64,000 nt of DNA from contig CAVXLD010000001.1 of the NCBI GenBank assembly GCA_963762565.1, forward strand, positions 591,612-655,611. The letters are read 5' to 3'. The position numbers were made by a program, and so were the translations under genes. This document shows, one piece after another, positions 21,105 through 30,814 of the stretch. Within the stretch, counting starts at the first letter, position 1. The number at the start of each line of letters is the position of its first letter. The notes below the pieces were generated by a model, which searched no databases, was not told where the DNA came from, and was given only the letters and a program-made list of their open reading frames with translations. The DNA is from an uncultured Verrucomicrobiae bacterium (lineage in GTDB: Bacteria > Verrucomicrobiota > Verrucomicrobiia > Chthoniobacterales > JAFAMB01).

Positions 21105-22242
21105 ATGGATTCAGCCGGCGGCCGATTGAGAATCGGCATCACTTGTTATCCCTCGGTTGGCGGGAGCGGCATTCTTGCCTCGGCGCTAGGAGAAGAACTG
21201 GCCGATCGAGGGCATGAGGTGCATTTCATCAGCTACGAACGTCCGTTTCGCATGCAGCGGAAAGTCTCCCCGGATCTTTTTTCATCCGGTAGTGATCAAC
21301 GATTACGGATTGTTCAAGTATCCCGATTATACTTTGCCGCTGTCGGTGAAAATGGCCGAAGTCAGTCGGGACTATCACCTCGACATTCTGCATGTTCATT
21401 ACGCTGTGCCCCATGCCACGGCAGCGATTCTTGCGCGGTCGATGTTGCCTCCTGAGCAACAGCCCCGCGTGGTGACCACCTTGCATGGCACTGACACTAC
21501 ATTGCTCGGTCGCGATCCCGGTTATCGTCCGGCCATCCACCACGCATTGACTCACTCAGACGCGGTCACGGTCGTTTCGGAGTTTCTGAGACGGGAGACG
21601 CAGCGAGTGCTCAGTTTTGACGGACCGATGGAAGTCATCCACAATTTTTTTGAACCGCAAGCACCCCTGCGTTCGCGCGAAGAAGTGCGGCAGGAACTCG
21701 GGTTGCGCGAAGAAGTGCTGCTGTTTCATTCCTCTAATCTGCGGCCCCTGAAACGAATCGATTTGCTGCTTGAAACCGTCGCGCGCATCCGCCCGCGCGA
21801 GTCGTGGAAACTCGTCATTCTAGCGGGCGGAGATTTTTCACCATATCGCAGCGAGGTGCGCCGGCTAGGATTGGAAGACCGAGTGATCGTGCGGGAAAAC
21901 GTCAGACAGATTGAAGATTACTTGCAAGCTGCCGACATCGGATTGTTCACCTCCGAAACGGAGAGTTTTTGTTTGAGCATTCTCGAAGCGATGTGTTTTG
22001 CCTGCCCAAGTATCGCGCCACAGGTGGGAGGAATTCCCGAAGTTGTTCAGGACAACATAACCGGACTGCTCGTCCCGTTCGGTGATACCGAAAAAATGGC
22101 GCTTGCCGCCGAGGATCTCATTCAGAATCCGGCGCGGCGCAAGACGCTTGGCCGTGCCGCTCAGTTACGTGCCCGGAAGGAGTTTTCCGCAAGCGTCATC
22201 GTGCCTCGTTACGAAGCACTGTACCATCGACTCTGTGGTTAA
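21105..22242 (+). CDS. bshA: N-acetyl-alpha-D-glucosaminyl L-malate synthase BshA (frameshift near 21265)
   Basis: [48 protein letters not shown]: characteristic BshA GT4 motifs. Confidence 0.88.
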
Positions 22243-22320
22243 TTACGTTTCTGTTGGCCGCGACTGCTAACTCGGATTGGCGCCCAAAAAGAGAAGTCAC
22301 GTCTCATCTTGAGGCTTCCA

Positions 22321-22641
22321 CTACTCAACGACGTTCACCATCCCGGTCTGAATGTATGGCAGAGCTTGCAAAAGTTTAGGCATGAGCGGCCTGGTGTCGG
22401 CCAAGCGGTTGCTCGGTGCTCGCAGCACAATCACCTTTATTGGAGACGCGGCGAGATTCTGCTGGAAGGCGATGTTAGTGTCCATCGTCACAAGAACCTC
22501 ATAGCCGGATTCGCTAGCCTTTATAAGCAGTAGGCCATTCTGAACTCCGGCCCATCCTAGCCGCACAACCGACTCCACGTCATGCCCAAGCAATTCTCTG
22601 CCTAGCCGCCAATCCAGGTTTTCATCGAGTAAAATACGCAT
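22321..22641 (-). CDS. DUF5615 PIN-like toxin
   Basis: MRILLDENL...LVTMDTNI..QQNL; TGATG overlap with the upstream DUF433 gene. Confidence 0.82.
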   Translation of the reverse strand: MRILLDENLDWRLGRELLGHDVESVVRLGWAGVQNGLLLIKASESGYEVLVTMDTNIAFQQNLAASPIKVIVLRAPSNRLADTRPLMPKLLQALPYIQTGMVNVVE

Positions 22642-22850
22642 CAGTCATGCGCCAGCGCATGCACCTTCGCTTCCTCGAGCAAAACGAGAACCTGTTCCCG
22701 CTTTACGCTCGGAAAACCTTCGAGAAAATCTTCGATCGAATCTCCGGCTTCTAGATGGTCAAAGAAGCTTCTAATCGGCACCCTAGTCCCTGCGAAGACC
22801 GGTTCGCCGCCGAGAATATTCGGGTCACGCAAAACGACTTTAGCCATCAA
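22641..22850 (-). CDS. DUF433 antitoxin
   Basis: DPNILGGEPVFAGTRVP...DFLEGFPSV. Confidence 0.88.
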   Translation of the reverse strand: MMAKVVLRDPNILGGEPVFAGTRVPIRSFFDHLEAGDSIEDFLEGFPSVKREQVLVLLEEAKVHALAHD

Positions 22851-22960
22851 GAGAACTTAGTGCGGCGGTCGGTCTTTTTCGAGTCTTAACTCTAGAACCT
22901 GATTTTTGTTTGTTCCAAAGCCGATTATTGGCTGCCCAGGGTCCCAAATTGAAACGTTAC

Positions 22961-23827
22961 TCAAGGTGCAGCGATATCGACGAACGCCTTAACGAGGTCT
23001 GGCACTGCAGATTTCGCTAAACTCAGAAACAGATATGGCTCGATCAGTTCCAGCTCCATCAGAGTGAACTTTCCGCCAACAGCTACACCGTCGACGCGGG
23101 CAAACAGAAGCGGTCCCTCAATCGCGTTTACGACATTTTGTGCAGCCTCAATATGATCTGGAGGCGGTATGGCTAAATCGAAACTTCCTCCATGCTCTAT
23201 TTGGGTCCGGAATTCGCCTGATTTCGGCCGCTTCAATACCGCATGGCTATATTTCTTGTTAAAGAACAAGAGAGACCATTCCCCTTCGGTTTCAACCACG
23301 TCGAGATACTCCTGGATCAGGCCCCCCGACACACGAAATATTCGATCGATCTGCTCCTGGTCGAGGTGCTCGCCTCCGACCAGTACAGTGCGGTGGCCGG
23401 ATGCTGAGACCCTCGGTTTCACTACGGCGCGCTGCCAACCTTGACTTCGCAGTACCTCTCTTAGGTCGATGCGGTCGCCCTTCTCGACCCAAACCGTGGG
23501 CGGTACCTTAAAACCGTTTTCGTGAAGTTCGCGTAGATAAATTTTATCGATGTTCCAGCGAATTAAGTTTGGACGGTTCCAGATTGAGAGTCCGAGCTCT
23601 TCGATTTTGGTGAGCCATTGCAGAAAGGCTTCATGCCGATGTTGATAATCCCAGCAGGATCGGATCACGATCGAACTAAACCTCGACCAATCGACTGAGC
23701 CGTCGGACCAAACCGCCGCCTCGGCGGTGAGGCCAAGGCGGGCGAGCTCACGCAAAAGAAGTTGATCGTCAGGGCTCAGATCAGGCAGTCGTTCAAATGT
23801 GACAATCGCCAGGCGATTCCTCGTCAT
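22961..23827 (-). CDS. RimK/glutathione-synthetase-like ATP-grasp protein
   Basis: IRSCWDY, NIDKIYL, VVKPRVSASG, IQEYL, EGEWSL, ARVD, ELELIEP. Confidence 0.82.
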   Translation of the reverse strand: MTRNRLAIVTFERLPDLSPDDQLLLRELARLGLTAEAAVWSDGSVDWSRFSSIVIRSCWDYQHRHEAFLQWLTKIEELGLSIWNRPNLIRWNIDKIYLRELHENGFKVPPTVWVEKGDRIDLREVLRSQGWQRAVVKPRVSASGHRTVLVGGEHLDQEQIDRIFRVSGGLIQEYLDVVETEGEWSLLFFNKKYSHAVLKRPKSGEFRTQIEHGGSFDLAIPPPDHIEAAQNVVNAIEGPLLFARVDGVAVGGKFTLMELELIEPYLFLSLAKSAVPDLVKAFVDIAAP

Positions 23828-23850
23828 GTTTCAAAGATGAAGGGAATTAT

Positions 23851-24005
23851 TGCACAACAAGAAGGCTAAGGTCACGAAAGGCGAAAACAAAAATTTCACA
23901 GCAAAGGCCCGAAGATACGAGACAGAAGATCCGTCTTTGTGGCCTTTGCGGCCTGTGCTGTGAAAAATCATTACTGTGGCTGTCTTAGTTGCCTTTGCGT
24001 GAGAC
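23851..24005. repeat. Nested inverted 9-mer repeat hairpin
   Basis: tttcacagcaaaggcc ... ctttgtggcctttgcggcctgtgctgtgaaa; same family as the arms at 61241-61330 and 61918-61952. Confidence 0.75.
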
Positions 24006-24023
24006 GACTCTGGGGTCACCGCC

Positions 24024-24058
24024 GTCTCAAAATGAGAAAAGACGTCTCAACTTGGGAG
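24024..24058. promoter_or_regulatory. Tandem palindromic UAS-like sites
   Basis: GTCTCAAAATGAGAA (24024) and GTCTCAACTTGGGAG (24044); nearly identical to 12987-13021. Confidence 0.7.
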
Positions 24059-24161
24059 GTGTTCGTAAGCCTCGAGATCGACCGAAATCGTTTTTGTTGC
24101 CAAGCATGCGCTCGAGTGGCGGGTAATTCTCCAGAGATAACTCAGAAAGGTGCCGCATCGG

Positions 24162-24178
24162 TTGGCAGACAACTTGCT
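24162..24178 (+). promoter_or_regulatory. Sigma54 -24/-12 promoter of the singleton permease
   Basis: TTGGCAGACAACTTGCT, close to consensus TGGCAC-N5-TTGC, 35 bp upstream of ATG 24214. Confidence 0.8.
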
Positions 24179-24213
24179 CTGTGATTACCAGACCAGTTTG
24201 GGGTCTAGGCTCC

Positions 24214-26682
24214 ATGCGAACCTTGTTTCACGATCTCCGCTTTGCTTTTCGTCAGCTCAGAAGGACGCCGGGGTTTGCAGTGACCGCGGTGCTGACGCTG
24301 GCGCTCGGCATCGGCGCCAACACGGCAATTTTCAGCCTGGTGAACGCCGTCCTGTTCAAACCGCTTCCAGTAACGGATCCCCAACAAATAACGACCCTGA
24401 CCTTCCGCCAGAACCACGGAGCCTTGCAGCGTCCTTTCTCTCTGCCGGAATTCGAAGCGATCCGCGCCCAAAGCCAGACCTCGTTCAGCGACGTCATGGC
24501 AGTCACGGCCGGCATAGACGGGTTTGCCGTCGAAGGGCGGAAGCCGGAACGCATCACGACAGCCTATGTCAGCGGTAATTTCTTCGATGCGCTTGGAGTG
24601 CCGCCGGCGGCAGGTCGGCTTTTTCTGCGGAGCGAAGGCGAGGTTCTCGATAGCGACCCGGTGGTGGTTCTTGACTACAACTTCTGGAAGAAGCGATTCA
24701 ACGGGGATCCAAATGTGGTTGGACGGCACGTCACGATAGATGGGCATCCCCTCTCGGTTATCGGGGTAGCGCCTGAGGGATTTCATGGCTTGCCCAGTGT
24801 AGCTCTTAGAGTCGCGGCGTATTTGCCGCTGTCCCAGTTGACCCTCGAGGGGACTCCCGCAGATGTTCTGAATAGCTGGCAGACTCGGAGCGTTCTTCTC
24901 TACGGACGGCTCCGGCCAGGATTCAGCCTGACCCAGGCGGACGCTGAGCTGAATGTCGTTGCTCGCAACCTGACGCGCGAACAACCGGATGATGAGCCCC
25001 AGCTGGAGTTGGCCGCTTATCCCGAGCAAAGTCTTCGCATCGGAACCAACCCGAGCGCGATCGTCCTGATATCCGCGATATTCCTTGGCCTGGCCGGTAT
25101 GATTCTACTGCTGGCCTGCGTGAACGTGGCTAACCTGGTGCTCGTGCGAGCGACTGTGCGTGAACGCGAGATGGCGATTCGCGCAGCGCTTGGCGCCAAG
25201 GGTTCCCGGCTCCTGCAACAGATGATCACAGAGAGCGTAACCTTAGCACTGATTGGCGGCGCGGTGGGCGTGGTTCTCGGTATGTGGGCCAGCACAGCGC
25301 TTGGTCACGTCAACCTGCATCTCGATGTTCCGTTTTCGCTATCGGTAGAATTCGATTGGCGAATCTTTCTTTACGCTCTGGGGATAGCGGTGCTGGCGGG
25401 GATTGTGGTCGGGATAGTGCCTGCCCTTCGAATGGCCAAGGCTAATGTGAATGCGGTTTTGCACACAGGCGGCCGCGGCACGACCGGAGGACGTCATTGG
25501 ATGCGGGACACTCTGATTATCCTGCAGATTACCGGTTCTCTGGTAATGCTGGTCGTGGCCGGCCTTTTCGTACGCAGTCTGGGAGCTCTCCAGGCAACAG
25601 ATTTCGGTTTTGAACCGGGTCACGTGCTCAATCTCTCCCTCGCTACCAATTTGATTGGGATCAACGATTCGCATACCCAAGATCTGACGGACAACATCCG
25701 GGCACGCCTCCACCAACTTCCTGAGGTAATCGCCGTAAGCCAGGCCACCGAGGTTCCCATGGGCTATTTCAATGGGAATACCGCGATGCTAACGATTGAT
25801 GGCGTCCCGGCTCCCGAAGATGCTCCGGCATTAACCGCAGGGTACAATGTGGTTTCACCCGAATACTTCGAAGTGATGGGGATCAGTCTACTGAGTGGGC
25901 GCAGCTTCACAGACGGAGACGATGCACGCAGCAGAGATGTAGCGGTGATCAGCAAGGGTATGGCCAAGAAGTACTGGCCGAATGAAGATCCCATCGGCCA
26001 TACCTTCCGCCTAGCGAGCGAGAAAGCGCGCGGGCTGGAAGTGGTAGGAATCGCACCCGACGTGGAAATTTCGTCTACCCGCGGCGACAAATCGCAGCCC
26101 TACTTTTACCTCCCGTATGCACAACACGTTAAAGGAAATGGGTTCCTTACCCTGCAGTTGAAAACGCGAGGGGACCCACTGGTGCTAGCGCCAACCGCCG
26201 AAAAAGCGATCCACGAGATTTCTCCCGAGCTTCCCCTGTTTCAAGTGCAAACCATGCATGAAGCGCTCTATTCAATGAATGGATTTTTGCCTTTTCAGTT
26301 GGGAGCTAGCCTGGCGGCAACCATGGGTGGTCTCGGCTTAACGCTTGCCGTGATTGGCCTTTATGGCCTGATCTCGTACGCGGTAAGCCAGCGAGTACAA
26401 GAGATCGGCGTACGTATGGCACTGGGCGCTACCCGGGGATCGGTGTTTGGCATGATCTACCGTCAATCGATGCGGATCGTGGCAGTTGGCCTTGGGATTG
26501 GTCTGGTGGTCGCACTGCTAGTTGCGCAAACCGTCAGCAGCTTAGTGATGGTCAGCCCATGGGACCCTGTGACATTCGCCACCGTAATCTCAGCCTTGAT
26601 TTTTGCCGCTCTCGCTTCCTGCTATCTGCCGGCACGCCGCGCCATGACCGTCGAACCGATGGTCGCGCTCCGCCAGGACTGA
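24214..26682 (+). CDS. ADOP-like duplicated ABC permease, canonical acidobacterial-type singleton
   Basis: [41 protein letters not shown] ... EPMVALRQD; clearly divergent from the array copies. Confidence 0.92.
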   Translation: MRTLFHDLRFAFRQLRRTPGFAVTAVLTLALGIGANTAIFSLVNAVLFKPLPVTDPQQITTLTFRQNHGALQRPFSLPEFEAIRAQSQTSFSDVMAVTAGIDGFAVEGRKPERITTAYVSGNFFDALGVPPAAGRLFLRSEGEVLDSDPVVVLDYNFWKKRFNGDPNVVGRHVTIDGHPLSVIGVAPEGFHGLPSVALRVAAYLPLSQLTLEGTPADVLNSWQTRSVLLYGRLRPGFSLTQADAELNVVARNLTREQPDDEPQLELAAYPEQSLRIGTNPSAIVLISAIFLGLAGMILLLACVNVANLVLVRATVREREMAIRAALGAKGSRLLQQMITESVTLALIGGAVGVVLGMWASTALGHVNLHLDVPFSLSVEFDWRIFLYALGIAVLAGIVVGIVPALRMAKANVNAVLHTGGRGTTGGRHWMRDTLIILQITGSLVMLVVAGLFVRSLGALQATDFGFEPGHVLNLSLATNLIGINDSHTQDLTDNIRARLHQLPEVIAVSQATEVPMGYFNGNTAMLTIDGVPAPEDAPALTAGYNVVSPEYFEVMGISLLSGRSFTDGDDARSRDVAVISKGMAKKYWPNEDPIGHTFRLASEKARGLEVVGIAPDVEISSTRGDKSQPYFYLPYAQHVKGNGFLTLQLKTRGDPLVLAPTAEKAIHEISPELPLFQVQTMHEALYSMNGFLPFQLGASLAATMGGLGLTLAVIGLYGLISYAVSQRVQEIGVRMALGATRGSVFGMIYRQSMRIVAVGLGIGLVVALLVAQTVSSLVMVSPWDPVTFATVISALIFAALASCYLPARRAMTVEPMVALRQD

Positions 26683-26887
26683 GAAAGCGACGCGACTAGG
26701 GTCACGCGGACGGAGACCCGGGATCGTGTAGTGTTGCTATCTTTTCAGAATCGCGAATCGCCCTCGCCGCGCAATTACCTTGTGTTTATGCTCGTTCGGA
26801 GCTAGAGATCCGGTCTAATATGTAGTGTCACTACGTCGTCCGACGCGCTCCAATTGAACGTCGGCCTTCCCCAGCCCCCATCCACCC

Positions 26888-27925
26888 ATGAAAAAGATTC
26901 CGTTCCCCTCGGTCCTCCTCCTCTTGTTGATGTTCGCGGCCGAAAATCTTCGCGCAGCGACATCGACCACGCTCGCGATCTCAATTCGAACTTTATCCAG
27001 TCCTTATCAAGTCATGTACAAGGTCGGGGCTGAAGCGTACGCCAAACAGGTCGGTCTCCCGCTTGATGTCTTGACCACGGAAGCCAATAGCCAAAAAGGA
27101 TTGACCGACATTAAAGCCGAAGTCGCCCGCACCGGAGCCAATCTGGCTTTTTACATTGATCCGAACGACGCGGCAGATGCAGTTCCGATCGCGAAGACGC
27201 TGGATGCGGCCGGCGTTTATTTCGTCACTTGGTGGAGTAAACCCGCGGACGTAAAGGTTTGGGATTATCCGCATTGGATTGCGCATATCTCATTCGACGG
27301 CGTTGCCGCAGGGACTTACACGGCGACGGAGCTCTTCAAGACGTTTAAAACACCAGGGCAAGGCAAGATTATCGCTTTACAAGGACGCCTCGGCGACACG
27401 CCGAATGCCGAACGTTGGCAAGGTCTGCAACAGGTGCTTGCGCAAAACCCGGGAGTGAAATTGCTGCAGTGGGAATCTGCCATGTGGGACCGAACAAAAG
27501 CTTATAACAGCACGAAAGCCATGTTGGTGGCTCACCCCGATATCGATGGGATTTGGACAGCGAATGACGACATGGCGATGGGCGCCATTCAAGCGCTCAA
27601 AGAGGCGAATTTAGCAGGCAAGGTTCTGGTTACAGGTTGCGACGGGATCCCGGAAATGTTCGATGCGATCAAGAGTGGCCTTGCGGCAGCGACGATTTTT
27701 AACGATGGCAAGTATCAAGCCGAATTAGGCCTCGCGATGTCTTTAGCGGCTAAACAAGGGAAACTCGACGTGAAATCGTTGCCGCATGACCGCCGGCAAT
27801 TCGAAATTCCGGCCGTTAATGTGAATCGCGAAAATGTAAATCAGGTGGTGCACGACTATATTGAGAACACCCCGACTTACGACCTCAGCGACTTTTTCGC
27901 GAAGTGGTCAAAAGCGATTCCTTGA
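26888..27925 (+). CDS. Sugar ABC transporter substrate-binding protein (RbsB-like)
   Basis: Signal peptide; WDRTKAY, IWTANDDMAMGAIQAL, VTGCDG. Confidence 0.88.
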   Translation: MKKIPFPSVLLLLLMFAAENLRAATSTTLAISIRTLSSPYQVMYKVGAEAYAKQVGLPLDVLTTEANSQKGLTDIKAEVARTGANLAFYIDPNDAADAVPIAKTLDAAGVYFVTWWSKPADVKVWDYPHWIAHISFDGVAAGTYTATELFKTFKTPGQGKIIALQGRLGDTPNAERWQGLQQVLAQNPGVKLLQWESAMWDRTKAYNSTKAMLVAHPDIDGIWTANDDMAMGAIQALKEANLAGKVLVTGCDGIPEMFDAIKSGLAAATIFNDGKYQAELGLAMSLAAKQGKLDVKSLPHDRRQFEIPAVNVNRENVNQVVHDYIENTPTYDLSDFFAKWSKAIP

Positions 27926-27965
27926 GACAATTGAGGGGAAGAACAAAAGAAAGAGCCAACCGCAG

Positions 27966-28970
27966 ATGTACGCAGATGCTACCGCTAGCCCGGCGTCTTC
28001 GGTCAAGAAGGTGCAACAATGGTTGCGGCGAAGCGGAATCAGTGGCCAGTTATTTTGCCTGGTCTTGATAATGGCCATCTTCGGCATTGGCACTGGTGGC
28101 AAATATCTTTCCTGGGCAAATCTGCAGGTGATCCTCAGCCTGGCCGCTATCCCGGCTATCATTGCGGTCGGGGTACATCAGGTTGTCATTCTGGGGGGAA
28201 TCGATCTTTCCGTGGAAGGAGTGGTGGCGCTATGCGTCGTCGTCGTGGGAACGCTGGAGCAGAATCAATTCAACTCGAACAACGTCGGTCTTTGGATTAT
28301 CCCGATCACCCTAATTCTCGGTGGCCTGGCGGGCACCGTGAACGGCCTGCTGAACACGAAATTGAAAATACCGTCTTTCATTGGGACGCTCGGCATGAGC
28401 TGGGTCCTTTGGGGGCTGGCGGTATTCGCGAGCAAAGGCCAAACGATTCCCTTGGTCGACAGTCCCCTGAGCGGCATGGTTAATGGCTCGTTGTTCGGGA
28501 TTCCAGATCTGGCGCTAGTGGCGTTGGTGCTCGTCATCATCGTGCAGACGATTGAAGATCGGACCCGGTTTGGGCGTTATCTTTATGCCATTGGCGGGGA
28601 CGAAGTTCTTTCCGGACAGGCTGGTGTCAAAGTCGCTACCACCAAGATCATGGTGTTTGCGCTGGCCGGAATGTTCTACGGTCTGTCGGCGCTGTTTCTG
28701 GTGGTGAAACTCAACAGCGCTCAGGCTATCACTGGCAACAATCTGCTTTTTCCCGCGATCACGGCGGTGGCGGTAGGCGGAGTCGCGTTGACCGGTGGAA
28801 TCGGCGGCGCCAAGAACGCAGCTCTCGGCGCCCTAATTGTAACCGCGCTAAACGACGGATTAATCCTTCTCGACGTGAATCCCTACGCGCAAGAAGCAGT
28901 CAACGGAGTTGTCCTGGTGATCGCCGTGGCGTTGACCATCGATCGGAAAAAGCTGGGCTTTATCAAGTAA
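27966..28970 (+). CDS. Sugar ABC transporter permease (RbsC-like)
   Basis: GGIDLSV, KIPSFIGTLG, TRFGRYLYAIGG, VGGVALTGG; start position uncertain. Confidence 0.88.
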   Translation: MYADATASPASSVKKVQQWLRRSGISGQLFCLVLIMAIFGIGTGGKYLSWANLQVILSLAAIPAIIAVGVHQVVILGGIDLSVEGVVALCVVVVGTLEQNQFNSNNVGLWIIPITLILGGLAGTVNGLLNTKLKIPSFIGTLGMSWVLWGLAVFASKGQTIPLVDSPLSGMVNGSLFGIPDLALVALVLVIIVQTIEDRTRFGRYLYAIGGDEVLSGQAGVKVATTKIMVFALAGMFYGLSALFLVVKLNSAQAITGNNLLFPAITAVAVGGVALTGGIGGAKNAALGALIVTALNDGLILLDVNPYAQEAVNGVVLVIAVALTIDRKKLGFIK

Positions 28971-28982
28971 CACAGTCCGATC

Positions 28983-30527
28983 ATGCAGGAAGGACCCAAA
29001 CAATTAGACCCCAACGATCTCGTTCTTGAATTACGCCGGATTACAAAATCGTATCCCGGGGTAATTGCGCTGGATGGAGTTGATTTAAGCATCTATCACC
29101 ACGAACTGGTCGGGCTCGTCGGCGAGAATGGCGCCGGTAAATCGACTCTGATGAAGATCCTGATCGGCGTAGTGCAGCCAGATGAAGGCTCTTATAAGAT
29201 CCGAGGAAAGGTGGTCAGATTAAAAGATGCAAGTCATGCCATTCGCCTCGGCGTAGGTATGGTCTTTCAAGAGGGTTCTCTGATTCCGAACCTCTCGATC
29301 ATGGAGAATTTGTTTCTCTGCCATGAGACCGAGTTTCAAAAGTTCGGAGTTCTGTCGAAGCGAGCGATGCGCCAAGCCGCCCTGGCTGCGCTAGCCCCGG
29401 TTAAAGTAACGGACGACCTGGATCAGCCGATTTCAGAGACCACGCCTGCGACCCGGCAGATGGTGGAGATCGCCCGTCTGCTTTGGCTCTCCCGGTTATA
29501 CGGGCAAAAAAATCCCGTGCTTATTTTGGACGAACCGACCACGGTTCTGACCGACCAGGAGCGCGAAACTCTGTTCACGATCCTGCATGAGATCACGAAT
29601 CAAGCTTCCATCATTCTCATCTCTCATCGGTTACAGGAAATCGTAGAGAACTCGGACCGGATTGTGATTCTGAAAGACGGCAAGAATGTAACCGAGTTCA
29701 GCTCCGCCAACGCCAGGATCCCTGAGATCGAGAACTTGATGGTGGGACACACTTTCTCGGAGGACCGCTACCGGGAGAGCGAACAAATCGAGCCGGGGAC
29801 ACAGATAGTTCTCAAGGTGGAGAAGCTTAGTAGAAAGGGGAAATTTCAACCCATCGATTTCGTGGTGAAAGCGGGCGAGATCCTGAGTTTGGTGGGACTG
29901 GTCGGCTCAGGCAAAGAAGAGTTATGCCGATGTATTACCGGATTAGACAAACCGGATACCGGTTCAGTTAGCATTAAAGGGAAACGATTTACACCAGGTT
30001 TTCCGAGCGAAGCGGTTCGTCTCGGAATCGGTCACGTCCCAATTGATCGGCGAAACGACGGGCTGGCATTAGGGATGAGCATTGCCCAGAATGTGAACTT
30101 GCTGGTGTTGGAAGAGCTCAAGACTGGAGGCTTTGTCAACCCGCTGCGAGAAAGACAGAACGCCTTAAGGTGGATCAACGAATGTAGGATTAAATGCCCC
30201 TCCCCAGCGACCGTGTGCGGAAACTTGAGCGGGGGTAACCAACAAAAAGCGGTGATCGCCAAGTGGCTGACATCCCAAGTTCAGTTGCTGGTACTCGACC
30301 ATCCAACGCGGGGCGTCGACGTGGGAGCGAAAGCAGAGATCTATCGACTGATTCGCAAACTCGCGGATGACGGCCTCGGAATGATCACTATGTGCGATAC
30401 GTTAGAAGAAGATATCGGCCTCTGCAGTCGAATGCTGATCATGAAAGATGGCCGGTTAGTCCGCGAAATTAACTGCCCCTCCTTCCAAAAACCTACCCCA
30501 AGCGAAATTATTAGTTCGATCGTGTAA
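28983..30527 (+). CDS. Sugar ABC transporter ATP-binding protein (two ABC domains, RbsA-like)
   Basis: GENGAGKST, ILDEPT, LSGGNQQK, PTRGVDVGAK. Confidence 0.92.
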   Translation: MQEGPKQLDPNDLVLELRRITKSYPGVIALDGVDLSIYHHELVGLVGENGAGKSTLMKILIGVVQPDEGSYKIRGKVVRLKDASHAIRLGVGMVFQEGSLIPNLSIMENLFLCHETEFQKFGVLSKRAMRQAALAALAPVKVTDDLDQPISETTPATRQMVEIARLLWLSRLYGQKNPVLILDEPTTVLTDQERETLFTILHEITNQASIILISHRLQEIVENSDRIVILKDGKNVTEFSSANARIPEIENLMVGHTFSEDRYRESEQIEPGTQIVLKVEKLSRKGKFQPIDFVVKAGEILSLVGLVGSGKEELCRCITGLDKPDTGSVSIKGKRFTPGFPSEAVRLGIGHVPIDRRNDGLALGMSIAQNVNLLVLEELKTGGFVNPLRERQNALRWINECRIKCPSPATVCGNLSGGNQQKAVIAKWLTSQVQLLVLDHPTRGVDVGAKAEIYRLIRKLADDGLGMITMCDTLEEDIGLCSRMLIMKDGRLVREINCPSFQKPTPSEIISSIV

Positions 30528-30793
30528 CCGCGAAAACTTTCCAACCGCAGATGAACGCAGATTTACGCAGATAAAGATTAAAGCATTAACCGCGAATGGA
30601 CACGAATGAACGCGAATATGCAGGGCGCTAAAGCAGTAACGGATTCATCTGCCGTTTGCTTTTTCTTTGCTTCCAAATCGCAGCCTGTCCGACGAAGCAT
30701 CAGCTCCGCGATCTCGTTAGTTCCACACGTCGCGACGTCGGATGCATTCGCGGTTGATTCTTCCGTCTCTTATCTGCGTTCATCTGCGGTTGG
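30525..30793. repeat. Nested two-family 9-mer inverted repeat inside the ABC operon
   Basis: A: ccaaccgcagatgaacgcagatttacgcagataa; B: aaccgcgaatggacacgaatgaacgcgaat; B': cattcgcggtt; A': ttatctgcgttcatctgcggttgg. Confidence 0.8.
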
Positions 30794-30814
30794 CTTGATT
30801 CTTTTGTCTGAGTG

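Noticed and set aside
15223-21300. Programmed ribosomal frameshifting
   Set aside because: There are too many shifts in unrelated genes and no consistent slippery motif; sequencing indels are the simpler explanation.
22301-22956. Single degenerate GTCTCA-N3-TGAGAC-like sites (22301, 22942) flanking the DUF433/DUF5615 pair
   Set aside because: They are single, degenerate and lack a correctly spaced -24/-12 element nearby; could be chance.
28983-30527. Sugar ABC ATPase as the missing partner of the ADOP permeases
   Set aside because: It is a two-domain RbsA-type importer ATPase with its own permeases, not a LolD/MacB-type ATPase.
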